The notes below the pieces were generated by a model, which was not told the origin of the DNA, made no database searches, and worked only from the letters and a program-made list of their open reading frames with translations. Shown piece by piece: positions 36,969 to 47,753 of a stretch of DNA of 49,294 nucleotides (within the stretch, counting starts at the first letter, position 1; every line of letters starts with the position of its first letter). Location: NCBI GenBank assembly GCA_050125095.1, contig JASFEA010000004.1, positions 1 through 49,294 of the forward strand, given 5' to 3'. The DNA is from a bacterium (GTDB taxonomy: Bacteria; Arandabacterota; Arandabacteria; Arandabacterales; JALGWA01). The translations under genes and the position numbers were made by a program.

Positions 36969-38750
36969 TTGGCTGAGAGCATGCATGGGTTTAGGCGCAC
37001 ACATACCTGCGGTGAGCTTCGCGGAGAGGACGCGGGTAAGGATGTAACCCTCATGGGCTGGGTGCACAGGCGCCGCGACCACGGCGGGGTCATTTTCATA
37101 GATCTTCGCGACCGGTACGGGCTGACGCAGGTGGTGTTCAAGCCCGAACACGCCGAGCTCATGGAAAGGGCCAGGGGACTCAAGCAGGAATTCGTCATCG
37201 CGGCGAGGGGGCGTGCGATGAAGCGCCCCGACGACATGATAAACAGGGACATGCCCACCGGCGAGATCGAGGTCTTCGCCGACGAGCTCCGCATACTCAA
37301 CGAGTCCGAGACACCGCCCTTCGTGATCGACGAAGCGGCCACGGCAAACGAGGACCTCAAACTCAAGTACCGCTACCTGGACATGAGGACCTTCGGGCTG
37401 AGGGACAGCATAGTCATGCGGCACAGAGCCATTGAAGCCGCGCGCGAATACCTCAACTCAACGGGATTCCTCGACATAGAGACCCCGATGCTTGTAAAGC
37501 GGACGCCCGAGGGCGCACGCGATTTCCTTGTGCCCAGCCGCGTCAATCCGTTCAAATTTTACGCGCTTCCCCAGTCGCCGCAGCTTTACAAGCAGATCCT
37601 CATGGTAGCGGGGTTCGACAGGTACTATCAAATCGCCAAGTGCCTGCGCGATGAGGACCTTCGCGCCGACAGGCAGCCTGAACACACCCAGATTGATATC
37701 GAAATGAGCTTCGTCGACGAAGAGGACGTTTTTAACGTAGTGGAAGGCCTTATGAAGCACCTGGTCGAGAAGGCCTCAAGCGTATCGGTCGAGATTCCCT
37801 TTGAGAGAATGACGTATGATGAGGCCTTCGCGAAGTACGGCACGGACAAGCCCGACCTCAGGTTCGGGTTCGAAATACGGGAGATCACGGATGTCGTGTC
37901 GCGAAGCGAGTCGGATATGCTCAAGAAGGGAGCTCTGGCGGGCGGCGCATTCGCAATCGGCTCTTCCGGGGGCGCTGCACTTTCTCGTAAGAACATAGAG
38001 GTAATCGAGGGGGCCGCAAAGAAGATGGGGGCTCCCGGCCTGGCCTGGGGAAAGATCGCGGCCGACGGGAAGACCTCCGGCGTGTTCCGCTTCTTCGGCG
38101 ACGGCCTGGTTTCAGACCTCAAGTCGGCTTTCGGCCTTGAGGGAGAGGGGCTTGTGCTTATAGTGGCCGGAGACCGCGATGTCTGCTTAAGATCGCTGGG
38201 TGCGGCAAGACTCAAGCTCATAGAGCTCCTTGGGCTCACCACGGAAGAGCGCTTCCGGTTCGCGTGGGTAACTGAATTTCCGCTCTTCGAATGGGACGAA
38301 ACCACGGACAGGTGGGCGCCGGCGCATCACATGTTCAGCCTCCCGAGGGAAAAGGACCTCGAGATTCTCGAGTCAGACCCGGGCGGCGTGCGGGCCAGGC
38401 TGTACGACCTTGTCTGCAGCGGTGTCGAGCTCGGGTCGGGCAGCATCAGGGTCCATAACCGGGCCATTCAGGAGAGGGTCATGGCGGTCGTCGGGATCGA
38501 CAAGAAGGAGGCTGCAAGGCGATTCGGCTTCCTCCTCGACGCGCTTGAATATGGCGCCCCGCCCCACGGAGGCATAGCGCTCGGCCTGGACAGGATAGTC
38601 ATGCTTCTCATGGGGAGGGACAACATCCGGGACGTCATCCCCTTCCCGAAGACCACAACCGGGCAGTCATTGATGGACGAGTGCCCCTCAGAAGTGGACG
38701 ACACGGACCTCAAGGACCTCCATATCAAACTCGACCGCAGGCAACCTTAG
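36969..38750 (+). CDS. aspS: Aspartate--tRNA ligase
   Basis: [58 protein letters not shown]. Confidence 0.98.
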   Translation: MAESMHGFRRTHTCGELRGEDAGKDVTLMGWVHRRRDHGGVIFIDLRDRYGLTQVVFKPEHAELMERARGLKQEFVIAARGRAMKRPDDMINRDMPTGEIEVFADELRILNESETPPFVIDEAATANEDLKLKYRYLDMRTFGLRDSIVMRHRAIEAAREYLNSTGFLDIETPMLVKRTPEGARDFLVPSRVNPFKFYALPQSPQLYKQILMVAGFDRYYQIAKCLRDEDLRADRQPEHTQIDIEMSFVDEEDVFNVVEGLMKHLVEKASSVSVEIPFERMTYDEAFAKYGTDKPDLRFGFEIREITDVVSRSESDMLKKGALAGGAFAIGSSGGAALSRKNIEVIEGAAKKMGAPGLAWGKIAADGKTSGVFRFFGDGLVSDLKSAFGLEGEGLVLIVAGDRDVCLRSLGAARLKLIELLGLTTEERFRFAWVTEFPLFEWDETTDRWAPAHHMFSLPREKDLEILESDPGGVRARLYDLVCSGVELGSGSIRVHNRAIQERVMAVVGIDKKEAARRFGFLLDALEYGAPPHGGIALGLDRIVMLLMGRDNIRDVIPFPKTTTGQSLMDECPSEVDDTDLKDLHIKLDRRQP

Positions 38751-38753
38751 TCT

Positions 38754-39533
38754 ATGGCGCCAATAACGATCACACGCAGGCTCTTTCAGGGATTCATACT
38801 CGCGGCATGCGTCTATCTAATGGTGAAGCTGCTGGCCGGCGTCTCCACGCGCACCGTCGAGTACTACTGCCCGATGGGCGGCATCGTCTCCGTCTGGGGC
38901 CTCATAAGGAGGCAGCAGTTCATATGCGCCCTCAACGAGATGAACGTCACCATCGGGGTTGCGCTTCTTCTGAGCGTGCTGCTCGTAAAGAAAGCCTTCT
39001 GCTCCTGGGTCTGCCCGCTGGGTACGCTGTTCGAGGGGTTGACATGGCTCAGGAGGAAGACGCTGGGTAAGAAGAGGCTGCGCCTGCCCGATTACGTCGA
39101 CTCGCGCCTCATCTATCTGAGGTATGTAGTGCTGGCTGTCATACTCGTTTTCACCTACCGTCTATCGGAGCTGGTGTTCAGAGGCTACGATCCTTTTTAC
39201 ATACTCTTCACGGGAGCACGCGGTCATGAGACAATCCCCATCGTGAGCGCCCTCATTATTGTCGGAGTTGTGGCGGCGGCCTTTCTCTTCGAGATGTCAT
39301 GGTGTCGCTACCTGTGTCCCCTGAACGCGGTAATGAGTCCGATTTCGAAGGCGGGGGTCTTCAAGGTGAAGCGGGACTCCGGGAAGTGCACAGCCTGCGG
39401 AGCCTGCGACGATGTTTGCTTGCAGCGAATCCCGGTGTCGCAGCTTCGGAAGGTGAGCCGCGTGGATTGCACCAACTGCCTGGACTGCGTGTCGAAATGC
39501 AGAGTCCCGGGTGCGATGGATATCAGCGTATAG
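38754..39533 (+). CDS. Membrane 4Fe-4S binding protein (NapH/MauN/RdxA-like polyferredoxin)
   Basis: CPMG, FCSWVCP and WCRYLCP motifs; C-terminal CTACGACDDVC and CTNCLDCVSKC. Confidence 0.88.
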   Translation: MAPITITRRLFQGFILAACVYLMVKLLAGVSTRTVEYYCPMGGIVSVWGLIRRQQFICALNEMNVTIGVALLLSVLLVKKAFCSWVCPLGTLFEGLTWLRRKTLGKKRLRLPDYVDSRLIYLRYVVLAVILVFTYRLSELVFRGYDPFYILFTGARGHETIPIVSALIIVGVVAAAFLFEMSWCRYLCPLNAVMSPISKAGVFKVKRDSGKCTACGACDDVCLQRIPVSQLRKVSRVDCTNCLDCVSKCRVPGAMDISV

Positions 39534-39543
39534 GAGGCAATGG

Positions 39544-39918
39544 GTGACAGCGCGCGTGTGGGTGGTACCGGCGGTCGTTGCCTCACTGGCCGTTGCCGGC
39601 TTATTGGGGGCGAGTTTAATAAGCGTGCCGACGCTGACGCATTCCTTCGACCCGGGGTTCGAAGGCGAACGGGCTACGACCGTCCTGACCGTCGATGGCG
39701 TGAGATGTTGGGGAACGGCCGACTTCCTGAGGGAGCATATCGAGCATGTCCCGGGACTCGTGAGCATGGTCGCCTATGCCGGAAAACATCGGGTCGTCAT
39801 CGTTTACTCGCCGGGGGCCGTCGATGTTGAGGAAATTATCTCGGAGATCGAAAGGCCGATTGAGACAGATGATGGTAATCTGATGTTTTTTGATGTAATC
39901 TCTAGCGAAGCTAAGTGA
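39544..39918 (+). CDS. Membrane-anchored HMA-like domain protein
   Basis: GTG 39544 after AGGAGG; N-terminal TM, then TTVLTVDGVRCWGTA and VVIVYSPGAVDVEEI (HMA pattern with CxxT). Confidence 0.65.
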   Translation: MTARVWVVPAVVASLAVAGLLGASLISVPTLTHSFDPGFEGERATTVLTVDGVRCWGTADFLREHIEHVPGLVSMVAYAGKHRVVIVYSPGAVDVEEIISEIERPIETDDGNLMFFDVISSEAK

Positions 39919-40012
39919 ATATAATGCGATAATTTAAGATATTTGGGATAATCAGCCTCTATTTCGCCCCTATGGCATGAATATGCTGAATTCGCCATTC
40001 TTTTGAATTCCT

Positions 40013-40042
40013 TTGACTTCCGCCGCTTTTTCGTGGTAAACT
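40013..40042 (+). promoter_or_regulatory. Putative sigma70 promoter for the large protease
   Basis: TTGACT-18 bp-TAAACT with TG extension, in an AT-rich intergenic region. Confidence 0.4.
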
Positions 40043-40240
40043 ACAACTCCTTTAGGTCACAGATTACGCGATTTGGCGATATTCGGTATTCTATTGCGGG
40101 GAATAGATGCAACATCATCGCGGTCTTCTCACCCTTACTTCACACACTTCCAACATGACGGCGATTCCAAGGATGAGGCTGAGGTGTGCCAGGTGCGCAT
40201 GCCTCTCAGGGAGTTTACCCTAACCGGAGGGGGACGTGCT

Positions 40241-43200
40241 ATGCCCAAGCGGATGGCAATCGCTATTGCTCTTCTGCTGACCTTGGCTTTTGCGACAGTT
40301 GCCCTGGCGAGCGAACCGCCGCCTGCAGCTTTCGCGCCCGGCCGGGTCATCATCAAGTACAGCCCTGATGCGACTGCCGATGATAAGGCAGCAATCAGGG
40401 CGGATCTTGGAGGTACGCTCATCAAGACACTTGACCTCATTGACGCTGAAGTTCTGGATGTGCAGAACTACAGCGTCGGTGGTGCGGTTGAGCGGTATAT
40501 GGTCGATGATCATATAGCGTACATTGAGCCGGATTACATAGTCACGGTTTTCGAGACCCCGGACGATCCCATGTTCGATCAGCTCTGGGGACTCGACAAC
40601 ACGGGCCAGACCGGCGGAACTGCGGGCGCGGACATAGATGCGCTGCGGGCCTGGGACGTTTTCACGGGCTCGGAAGACGTGGTGGTGGTAGTCATCGATA
40701 CCGGAACCGATTATACCCATCCGGATATCGCTGCCAATGCGTGGACCAACCCCGGTGAAATCCCCGGCAACGGCATCGACGATGACGGCAATGGATTCAT
40801 CGACGACATCCACGGCTGGGACTTCTACAACGATGACAGCAATCCCATGGATGACCACGGTCACGGCACGCACTGTGCCGGTACAATCGGCGCCGTGGGC
40901 AACAACGGCATCGGTGTCGTGGGAGTCAACTGGACCGTCAAGATCATGGCCTGTAAGTTCCTGAGTTCGGGCGGCAGCGGCTCCACGAGCGACGCAATCG
41001 ACGCGATCACCTATGCGACGATGATGGGCGTCGATGTCATGAGCAACTCGTGGGGCGGAGGCGGCTACTCGGAAGCCCTGGAGGACGCGATCCAGGCGGC
41101 TTATGACGCCGGCATCATGTTTGTTGCCGCGGCCGGCAACTCATCGCAGAATACCGACACTTATCCGCATTACCCGTCGTCCTACACCACTGGAAACGTA
41201 GTCTCGGTGGCGGCGACGGACCACAACGACGGCCTCGCTAGTTTCAGTAACTATGGCCTCGTCTCGGTCGACCTAGGCGCCCCGGGCGACGACATTTACA
41301 GCACGTTTCCCGGAAACTCCTACGGGACTCTGAGCGGAACCTCCATGGCGACGCCTCATGTCTCGGGAGCCGCGGCGCTTATCATGGGCCGCTTCCCGGC
41401 CATGAATGTCGATCAGGTCAAGGCGCTCCTTTTGAACTCGGTCGACCCCATTCCCGGGCTTGCGGGCAAATGCGTAAGCGAGGGGCGGCTCAATGTGTTC
41501 AACTGCATAGCCGAGCCCGACAGCATTCCGCCCGCGGCTATCGATGACCTCGCTGCCAGCAATCCGGCTTCCAACACGATGGACCTGGATTGGACTGCCA
41601 CGGGGGACGACGGCCTCGTCGGGACTGCCAGCTATTATGATGTCCGCTATTCGACGGTGCCCATAGATGAGGGCAATTTCTTCGATGCGGCGCGTGATTA
41701 CGGGGCTCCCGATCCCGGTCCCTCCGGGACAGCGGAGCATATGATGGTAACCGGCCTTGACTTCAACACCCTGTATTACTTCGCGGTCAAGGCTATCGAC
41801 GAGTACGGTAATTACTCGGACATCTCCAATCTTGCTACTGGAACCACGCTCGGCGTTCCCGATATCGACGTTTCACCGACTTCGTTGTCTGAGGACCTGA
41901 TCTCGGGCGGCGCGTCGGTTCAGACGCTGACGATTTTCAATCTCGGTGAGGGCACACTCGACTTCGAGATCGCCCAGCCCACCCTGATTCTCGGAACGAC
42001 GGTAATGGGCGACTATATGGATGTCCCGAAGGGCGCCGTCGATCCCAGGACGGGTGATCCCGTTATTGACGGACAGGGCGGACCGGATGCAACGGGTTAT
42101 CGCTGGATTGACAGCGACGAACCCGGTGGACCTACCTTCGCCTGGGTTGACATCACCGGCGTGGGAACGCAGATTTCCATGAGCGGCGACGATCAGAATG
42201 CGGGGCCGTATCCCATAGGATTCGATTTCGAATTCTATGGGAATACTTACGACTCGTTCAATATCTGTACGAACGGTTTCATATCGTTCACGTCGACGAG
42301 TACGGCCTACTCCAACCAGCCGATTCCGAATACCGGGGCGCCCGAAAACCTGGTTGCGGGCTTCTGGGACGACCTCAACTTCAGCGGCTCAAACAAGGCC
42401 TACTACTATAATGACGGCACAAGGCTTATAGTCGAGTACTACGACGTGCCGCATTACAGCACGGGCGGGAATTACACCTTCGAGATCATTCTCTATCCCG
42501 ACGGCATGATACTCTACCAGTACCTGTCCATGGGTGATCCCACGAACAGCGCCACTGTGGGTATCCAGAATGCCGCCCGGGATGACGGTCTCGAGGTCGT
42601 GTTCAACTCCGACTACATACACGACAATCTAGCCGTGAAGATAGCGAAGATGCCCCAGTGGGTGGACGTAGCCCCCACCTCGGGAAGAGTCTACGGTGGG
42701 AGTTCTTTAGACGTGTCTGTGGCCTTCGACGCAACAGGGCTGCTCGGCGGTGACTATGACGCCAGCATCTTCATTGCGAGCAACGATCCCGATGAGGATC
42801 CGGTCACCGTTCCGGTCTCGCTGCACGTGACCGGTGCGCCGGACATCGCGGTTGCCCCAACCACCGTGGACTTCGGCGGAGTCTTCATCGGCGCGACCGT
42901 ATCGACCACTGTCGTCGTCAGCAACCCGGGAACTGATAACCTGACAATCAGCGATATCACTTCCGACAACGGCGACTTCTGGGCCAGTCCGACATCCTTC
43001 ACTCTGGCTCCCAGGCAGGCCGAGCTGGTTCAGATATACTTCCTGCCTTCGCTGGAGGGACCGATTGCCGGGACGCTCACAATCGAGAGCGATGATCCCG
43101 ATGAGCGCTTCGTCGATGTGGGCGCGCAGGGCGTGGGCCTTGTTCCGCCGCAGTTCGACGTGGACCCGGTCAGCCTCTATGCCGACCTGATGACAGGCGA

Positions 43201-46200
43201 AAGTCAGGAAGACACTCTTACCATCACCAACAACGGTGGGTCGGATCTTGACTTCACGGTGAGCGTGGAGCTCTTCATGAGTGGCCTGGTTGAGCAGGGA
43301 GTCTACGTAGAGTACGGTAAGGACGATATCGACCCCATGACCAGCGGTCCTCAGACCGAGGGCACGGGTGGGCCGGATGTGTTCGGTTACACCTGGATCG
43401 ATAGCGATGAGCCGGGCGGCCCCACCTTCGACTGGGTCGAGCTTTCGGGAGGGCTCGGGACGCCGATTCCTCTCAACTCGGACGACCAGAACCTGGGCCC
43501 GTATCCGATCGGGTTCGATTTCTCGTTCTACGGGAACACCTTCAGTGAGTTCTACGCTTGTACGAACGGCTGGGTGAGTTTCACTAGTACTGAAACCAAG
43601 TACTCCAACTATGAGCTTCCCAATGCCGGCACGGGTGTGCCCGAGAACCTGCTGGCGGTGTGGTGGGACGACCTCAAGTTCACCACCGCCGGCGAGGCTT
43701 ACTACTACTATGACGGCACCAGGCTGATCATCGAGTACAAGGACGTGCCCCGCATCTATAGCGGCGGTCCTTATACGTTCGAGATCATCCTGTACCCCAA
43801 TGGGACGATTATTTATCAGTACCTGACGATGACGCCCAATCTCGAAAGCGCCACCATCGGCATCCAGAACGAAACGAGGGACGACGGGCTCACGGTGGTA
43901 TACAATGCCGCCTACATGCACGACAACCTCGCGATCAGGTTTGCGGCAGTGCCTGAGTGGCTGTCGGTTCAGCCGGCGAGCGGCACTGTGCCTGCCGGTG
44001 AGACCATGGAGATGCTTGCGAGATTCAACGCAACCGATCTCTTCGGCGGCGACTACCTGGGAGCGATTCACATCGACAGCAACGACCCCAACGTGCCCCG
44101 ATATGACGTGCCGGCGCATCTCCATGTTACGGGAGCGCCAGACATAGCTGCTGTGCCGGATAACCTGGACTTCGGTATGGTTTATCTCGGCCTCAGCACC
44201 GTGCGGCAGTTCGAGGTCGTAAACCAGGGCACCGACCTGCTCACCGTTACGGACATAGTGACGGGGAGCACGGAGTACTCGGTTAGCACGACAAGCTTCA
44301 CGGTTGAACCTCTCGGGAGCCAGCTCATTGACGTGAGCTACCACCCGTCGGCTGTAGGCGACAGGAGCAATATCCTTACCATCTACAGCGACGATCCGGA
44401 TGAGCCTCAGCTCGTGGTACCGCTCGCGGGAACATGTCTCGAACCCCCGGTAATCGTCGTCACGCCGACTGCGGTTACGGACAGCCTGCTTACTGGAGAG
44501 GTGAGCAACCACAGCGTGAGGGTCGAGAACACCGGAGACAGTGATCTCGACTTCATGATTGCGGTTGCGCTTGCCGCCGACGTTGTCCAGGGGGACTTCC
44601 TCGATGTGCCCAAGGGCGAGGAAGACCCGAGGAGCGGCGGCCCTCAGCTGGAGAGCACCGGCGGACCTGACAACTTCGGTTACTCGTGGGTGGACAGCGA
44701 TGAGCCGGGTGGCCCTATATTCGATTGGGTCGACATCACAACCGTGGGAACGCTGATCGAACTCGACGGCGACGACAACAGCTACGGGCCGGTGCCCATT
44801 GGGTTCGACTTCCCGTTCTACGGCAACGCATTCAGCGGGTTCTACATCTGCACGAACGGCTTCATCAGCTTCACGTGCGACGATGACTACTATTCGAACC
44901 AGCCGCTGCCCAATGATTACTACAGGGTATGCGAGAACATGATTGCGCCGTGGTGGGATGATCTGCGGATCTACTCGGGCGACTACAGGACGTACTATTA
45001 CTACGACGGAACTCGCTGTATCATCGAGTTTTTCGAGGTTTCGCGCCTGAGCTCGAGTTATCCGGGTACGTTCACGTTCGAGGTGATTCTCTATCCGAAC
45101 GGCAAGATAGTCTGCCAGTACCTGACCATGACAGGCGAGATAGAAGACGCCACCATCGGTATCCAGAACGAGCTCAAGGATGACGGTTTGACGGTGGTCT
45201 TCAACGACGCCTATATGCACGACAATCTTGCCGTGCAGTTCTCCTACGCCCCGGACTGGCTGTCGGTCAATCCCACAGAGGGCACCGTGCCTCCGGGCGG
45301 ATTCCAGGATCTCAACGTGCGGTTCAACGCGGCCGAACTCTTCGGTGGCTGGTATTACGGCAGCCTGGACATACTGAGCAACGACCCTTATAATGGTCTT
45401 GTATCGGTAGACGCAAGCCTCCATGTTACCGGGGCCCCCGACATCGCCGTCGATCCGACAGCGCTCGATTTCGGCTGGCTCTACATCAGCCTTGCCGAAA
45501 CGCTGACCGTCGACGTCAGAAATGAGGGGACCGACCTTCTACAGGTGACGTCACTTGCCCTAGACCACCCGGAGTTCACCACCGACCTTACGCCGTTCGA
45601 TCTCAATCCCATGGAGTCGAGGGCGCTCGAGGTGGTTTACACGCCGGTGACCGAGGGAATGGTCAGCGGGACTCTGACGCTTTACAGCAACGATGCGGAT
45701 GAGCCCGAAGTCGCCGTTCCGCTCACCGGTGAAGGCGTTGTTCCTCCGGAGATCGATGTCGAGCCGGATACGCTGCGTGCAGCCGCGATGCAGGGGATGG
45801 TAGTTACGAGGAACCTGCGTATCATGAACGATGGCGGCAGCGACCTCAACTACACGGTCGGCCACATGCAGATAGACGCGGTGCAGGTGCATGATTATCT
45901 TGAGGTTCCGAAGTACGAGGAAGACCCGAGACCGGGCATACCGGCGGTTGACGGTATGGGCGGTCCGGACGCCTTCGGTTACACCTGGATCGACAGCGAT
46001 GAGCCGGGCGGACCGGTCTATGACTGGGTGGACGTCTCCGCAGTAGGGACACCGATATTCGGGGCCTATAGCGATGACGGCAACAGGGGGCCCTTCGATA
46101 TCGGATTCATCTTCCCGTTCTATGACGGGGTATTCGATCAGTTCCGGGTGTGCTCCAACGGCTGGCTGAGTTTCACGTCAACATCGACTCAGTACAGCAA

Positions 46201-47668
46201 CCAGCCGCTGCCGAACAGTGGAGCGCCGGAGAACCTGCTTGCCGTATGGTGGGATGACATGGTCGTGGATCCGTCCGATGACGGCGAGATCTACTATTAC
46301 AATGACGGAAGCCGGCTGATCGTGCAGTATGAGATACGGCGGATCGCGCAGTCCAGTCCGCCGTACTACAGTTTCCAGATCATTCTGTATCCGGACGGCA
46401 AGATCCTCTATCAGTACCGCCAGTTCGGAACGACCATCAACAGCGCCACGATCGGCATTCAGAACGGGGCACGGGATGACGGCCTCACGGTCGTGTTTAA
46501 TGCCGACTACGCGCATCCCGAGATGGCCATATTGTTCTCGTCAGGGCCCGATTGGCTCTCGGTGTATCCCGAGGCCGGCTCGATTCCCGCCGGCAGTTAC
46601 CAGGATCTCACAGTGACGTTCGATGCCACCGAGCTCGAGGACGGGCTGTATGAGGGGCTGGTCACCATCTTGAGCAATGACCTAGACGAGCCCGTGGTGA
46701 ACGTGCCGGCATTCCTGACCGTGGACTGGACTGAGGCGACCTTCATGGATATCGATCCCAACACGTTGAACCTCGGTTCAAACGGGAAGTGGATCGAGTG
46801 CAAGGTCGGCATACCCATGGAGTTCGATCCGGCCCTCGTAATCGGCGACAACGCCTTCCTGGTTGCGGGTGACGATACCCTCACCCCGGCGGAGCGTTTC
46901 AACGTAGAGGAGTGCGATGACACATGTGACGGGTACTTCGCGCACTTCAAGTGGAACCGCGAGGCCGTCCAGAGCATGCTGGGAGAGGGTCAGAACGTAG
47001 AGATCATGGTCGCCTGCGAGGTCCAGGACATAAACTGGATCGTGGGTTATGACTACATCACCGTGATCAACCCGAAGATGAACCATCCGAACGGTGGAGA
47101 GGAATTCGACCAGGGCGAGAACCTCATAGTCATGTGGGAGCCGCCCACGCTTGATACGCCGGATTCCTACACGGTCTTGTTCAGCGAGGACGACGGCGTT
47201 ACCTGGACGGAGATGGCCAGCGGCATCACGACTCAGAGCGTCATTGTGGATGTTCCCAACATAGAGACCGAGCAGGCTCTAATCAGGGTATTCGCTCTGA
47301 AGAACGATACGCCGATCGGCTACGACACCTCGGATGAAGTGTTCACCATCAAGCCGGCGACAGGCGCCGGTGTTGAGGATGTGCTTCCCACGGTGTTTGC
47401 GCTTCAGCAGAACTGGCCGAACCCGTTCATGGGGACCACGATGCTGCACTTCGACATCCCGAAGGACGTCGATGTCAAGCTCGAGGTCTTCGATGTTCAG
47501 GGTCGCCTGGTCAAAGCGCTCGTGGACCAGCCGCTTCCGGCCGGACGCTACGATATCGGCTGGGACGGCCGCGATCACCAGGGCCACAGGGTTGCCTCGG
47601 GTGTCTATTTCTACCGCATCCAGGCAGGCCAGTGGAATGAGACAAAGAGGATGGTGATTGTGAGGTAG
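40241..47668 (+). CDS. Large secreted S8 (subtilisin-like) serine protease with FN3, four repeated NIDO-like/Ig-like modules and a C-terminal FlgD-Ig-like domain (~2475 aa)
   Basis: ATG 40241 after GGAGGGG; signal peptide; triad VIDTG / HGTH / GTSMATP and oxyanion AAGN; four GGPDxxGYxWxDSDEPGGP modules; C-terminal QNWPNPF...WDGRD...SGVYFYR. Confidence 0.92.
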   Translation: MPKRMAIAIALLLTLAFATVALASEPPPAAFAPGRVIIKYSPDATADDKAAIRADLGGTLIKTLDLIDAEVLDVQNYSVGGAVERYMVDDHIAYIEPDYIVTVFETPDDPMFDQLWGLDNTGQTGGTAGADIDALRAWDVFTGSEDVVVVVIDTGTDYTHPDIAANAWTNPGEIPGNGIDDDGNGFIDDIHGWDFYNDDSNPMDDHGHGTHCAGTIGAVGNNGIGVVGVNWTVKIMACKFLSSGGSGSTSDAIDAITYATMMGVDVMSNSWGGGGYSEALEDAIQAAYDAGIMFVAAAGNSSQNTDTYPHYPSSYTTGNVVSVAATDHNDGLASFSNYGLVSVDLGAPGDDIYSTFPGNSYGTLSGTSMATPHVSGAAALIMGRFPAMNVDQVKALLLNSVDPIPGLAGKCVSEGRLNVFNCIAEPDSIPPAAIDDLAASNPASNTMDLDWTATGDDGLVGTASYYDVRYSTVPIDEGNFFDAARDYGAPDPGPSGTAEHMMVTGLDFNTLYYFAVKAIDEYGNYSDISNLATGTTLGVPDIDVSPTSLSEDLISGGASVQTLTIFNLGEGTLDFEIAQPTLILGTTVMGDYMDVPKGAVDPRTGDPVIDGQGGPDATGYRWIDSDEPGGPTFAWVDITGVGTQISMSGDDQNAGPYPIGFDFEFYGNTYDSFNICTNGFISFTSTSTAYSNQPIPNTGAPENLVAGFWDDLNFSGSNKAYYYNDGTRLIVEYYDVPHYSTGGNYTFEIILYPDGMILYQYLSMGDPTNSATVGIQNAARDDGLEVVFNSDYIHDNLAVKIAKMPQWVDVAPTSGRVYGGSSLDVSVAFDATGLLGGDYDASIFIASNDPDEDPVTVPVSLHVTGAPDIAVAPTTVDFGGVFIGATVSTTVVVSNPGTDNLTISDITSDNGDFWASPTSFTLAPRQAELVQIYFLPSLEGPIAGTLTIESDDPDERFVDVGAQGVGLVPPQFDVDPVSLYADLMTGESQEDTLTITNNGGSDLDFTVSVELFMSGLVEQGVYVEYGKDDIDPMTSGPQTEGTGGPDVFGYTWIDSDEPGGPTFDWVELSGGLGTPIPLNSDDQNLGPYPIGFDFSFYGNTFSEFYACTNGWVSFTSTETKYSNYELPNAGTGVPENLLAVWWDDLKFTTAGEAYYYYDGTRLIIEYKDVPRIYSGGPYTFEIILYPNGTIIYQYLTMTPNLESATIGIQNETRDDGLTVVYNAAYMHDNLAIRFAAVPEWLSVQPASGTVPAGETMEMLARFNATDLFGGDYLGAIHIDSNDPNVPRYDVPAHLHVTGAPDIAAVPDNLDFGMVYLGLSTVRQFEVVNQGTDLLTVTDIVTGSTEYSVSTTSFTVEPLGSQLIDVSYHPSAVGDRSNILTIYSDDPDEPQLVVPLAGTCLEPPVIVVTPTAVTDSLLTGEVSNHSVRVENTGDSDLDFMIAVALAADVVQGDFLDVPKGEEDPRSGGPQLESTGGPDNFGYSWVDSDEPGGPIFDWVDITTVGTLIELDGDDNSYGPVPIGFDFPFYGNAFSGFYICTNGFISFTCDDDYYSNQPLPNDYYRVCENMIAPWWDDLRIYSGDYRTYYYYDGTRCIIEFFEVSRLSSSYPGTFTFEVILYPNGKIVCQYLTMTGEIEDATIGIQNELKDDGLTVVFNDAYMHDNLAVQFSYAPDWLSVNPTEGTVPPGGFQDLNVRFNAAELFGGWYYGSLDILSNDPYNGLVSVDASLHVTGAPDIAVDPTALDFGWLYISLAETLTVDVRNEGTDLLQVTSLALDHPEFTTDLTPFDLNPMESRALEVVYTPVTEGMVSGTLTLYSNDADEPEVAVPLTGEGVVPPEIDVEPDTLRAAAMQGMVVTRNLRIMNDGGSDLNYTVGHMQIDAVQVHDYLEVPKYEEDPRPGIPAVDGMGGPDAFGYTWIDSDEPGGPVYDWVDVSAVGTPIFGAYSDDGNRGPFDIGFIFPFYDGVFDQFRVCSNGWLSFTSTSTQYSNQPLPNSGAPENLLAVWWDDMVVDPSDDGEIYYYNDGSRLIVQYEIRRIAQSSPPYYSFQIILYPDGKILYQYRQFGTTINSATIGIQNGARDDGLTVVFNADYAHPEMAILFSSGPDWLSVYPEAGSIPAGSYQDLTVTFDATELEDGLYEGLVTILSNDLDEPVVNVPAFLTVDWTEATFMDIDPNTLNLGSNGKWIECKVGIPMEFDPALVIGDNAFLVAGDDTLTPAERFNVEECDDTCDGYFAHFKWNREAVQSMLGEGQNVEIMVACEVQDINWIVGYDYITVINPKMNHPNGGEEFDQGENLIVMWEPPTLDTPDSYTVLFSEDDGVTWTEMASGITTQSVIVDVPNIETEQALIRVFALKNDTPIGYDTSDEVFTIKPATGAGVEDVLPTVFALQQNWPNPFMGTTMLHFDIPKDVDVKLEVFDVQGRLVKALVDQPLPAGRYDIGWDGRDHQGHRVASGVYFYRIQAGQWNETKRMVIVR

Positions 47669-47700
47669 TGATTAGGCTCTCCGAGAAATCGGGAGTTGGA

Positions 47701-47737
47701 ATTGAGGCCGGGGCGAATGCCCCGGCCTCGATCTTTC
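47701..47737. terminator. Intrinsic terminator between convergent genes
   Basis: ATTGAGGCCGGGGC-gaat-GCCCCGGCCTCGAT 14-bp stem followed by ctttc. Confidence 0.8.
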
Positions 47738-47753
47738 CTAGATCGCCTCGGCC

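Noticed and set aside
39540-39830. ATG ORF directly after AGGAGG
   Set aside because: Low-complexity Arg/Gly translation; the overlapping GTG frame at 39544 gives a coherent TM plus HMA-like protein
40073-40240. N-terminal extension of the protease in the ORF track
   Set aside because: The RBS and signal peptide begin at ATG 40241; the upstream portion looks like 5' UTR
42707-45424. 905-aa antisense ORF, and similar long antisense ORFs at 527-1762, 26249-27985 and 28980-30125
   Set aside because: Shadow frames of strong genes in GC-rich DNA with no recognisable motifs
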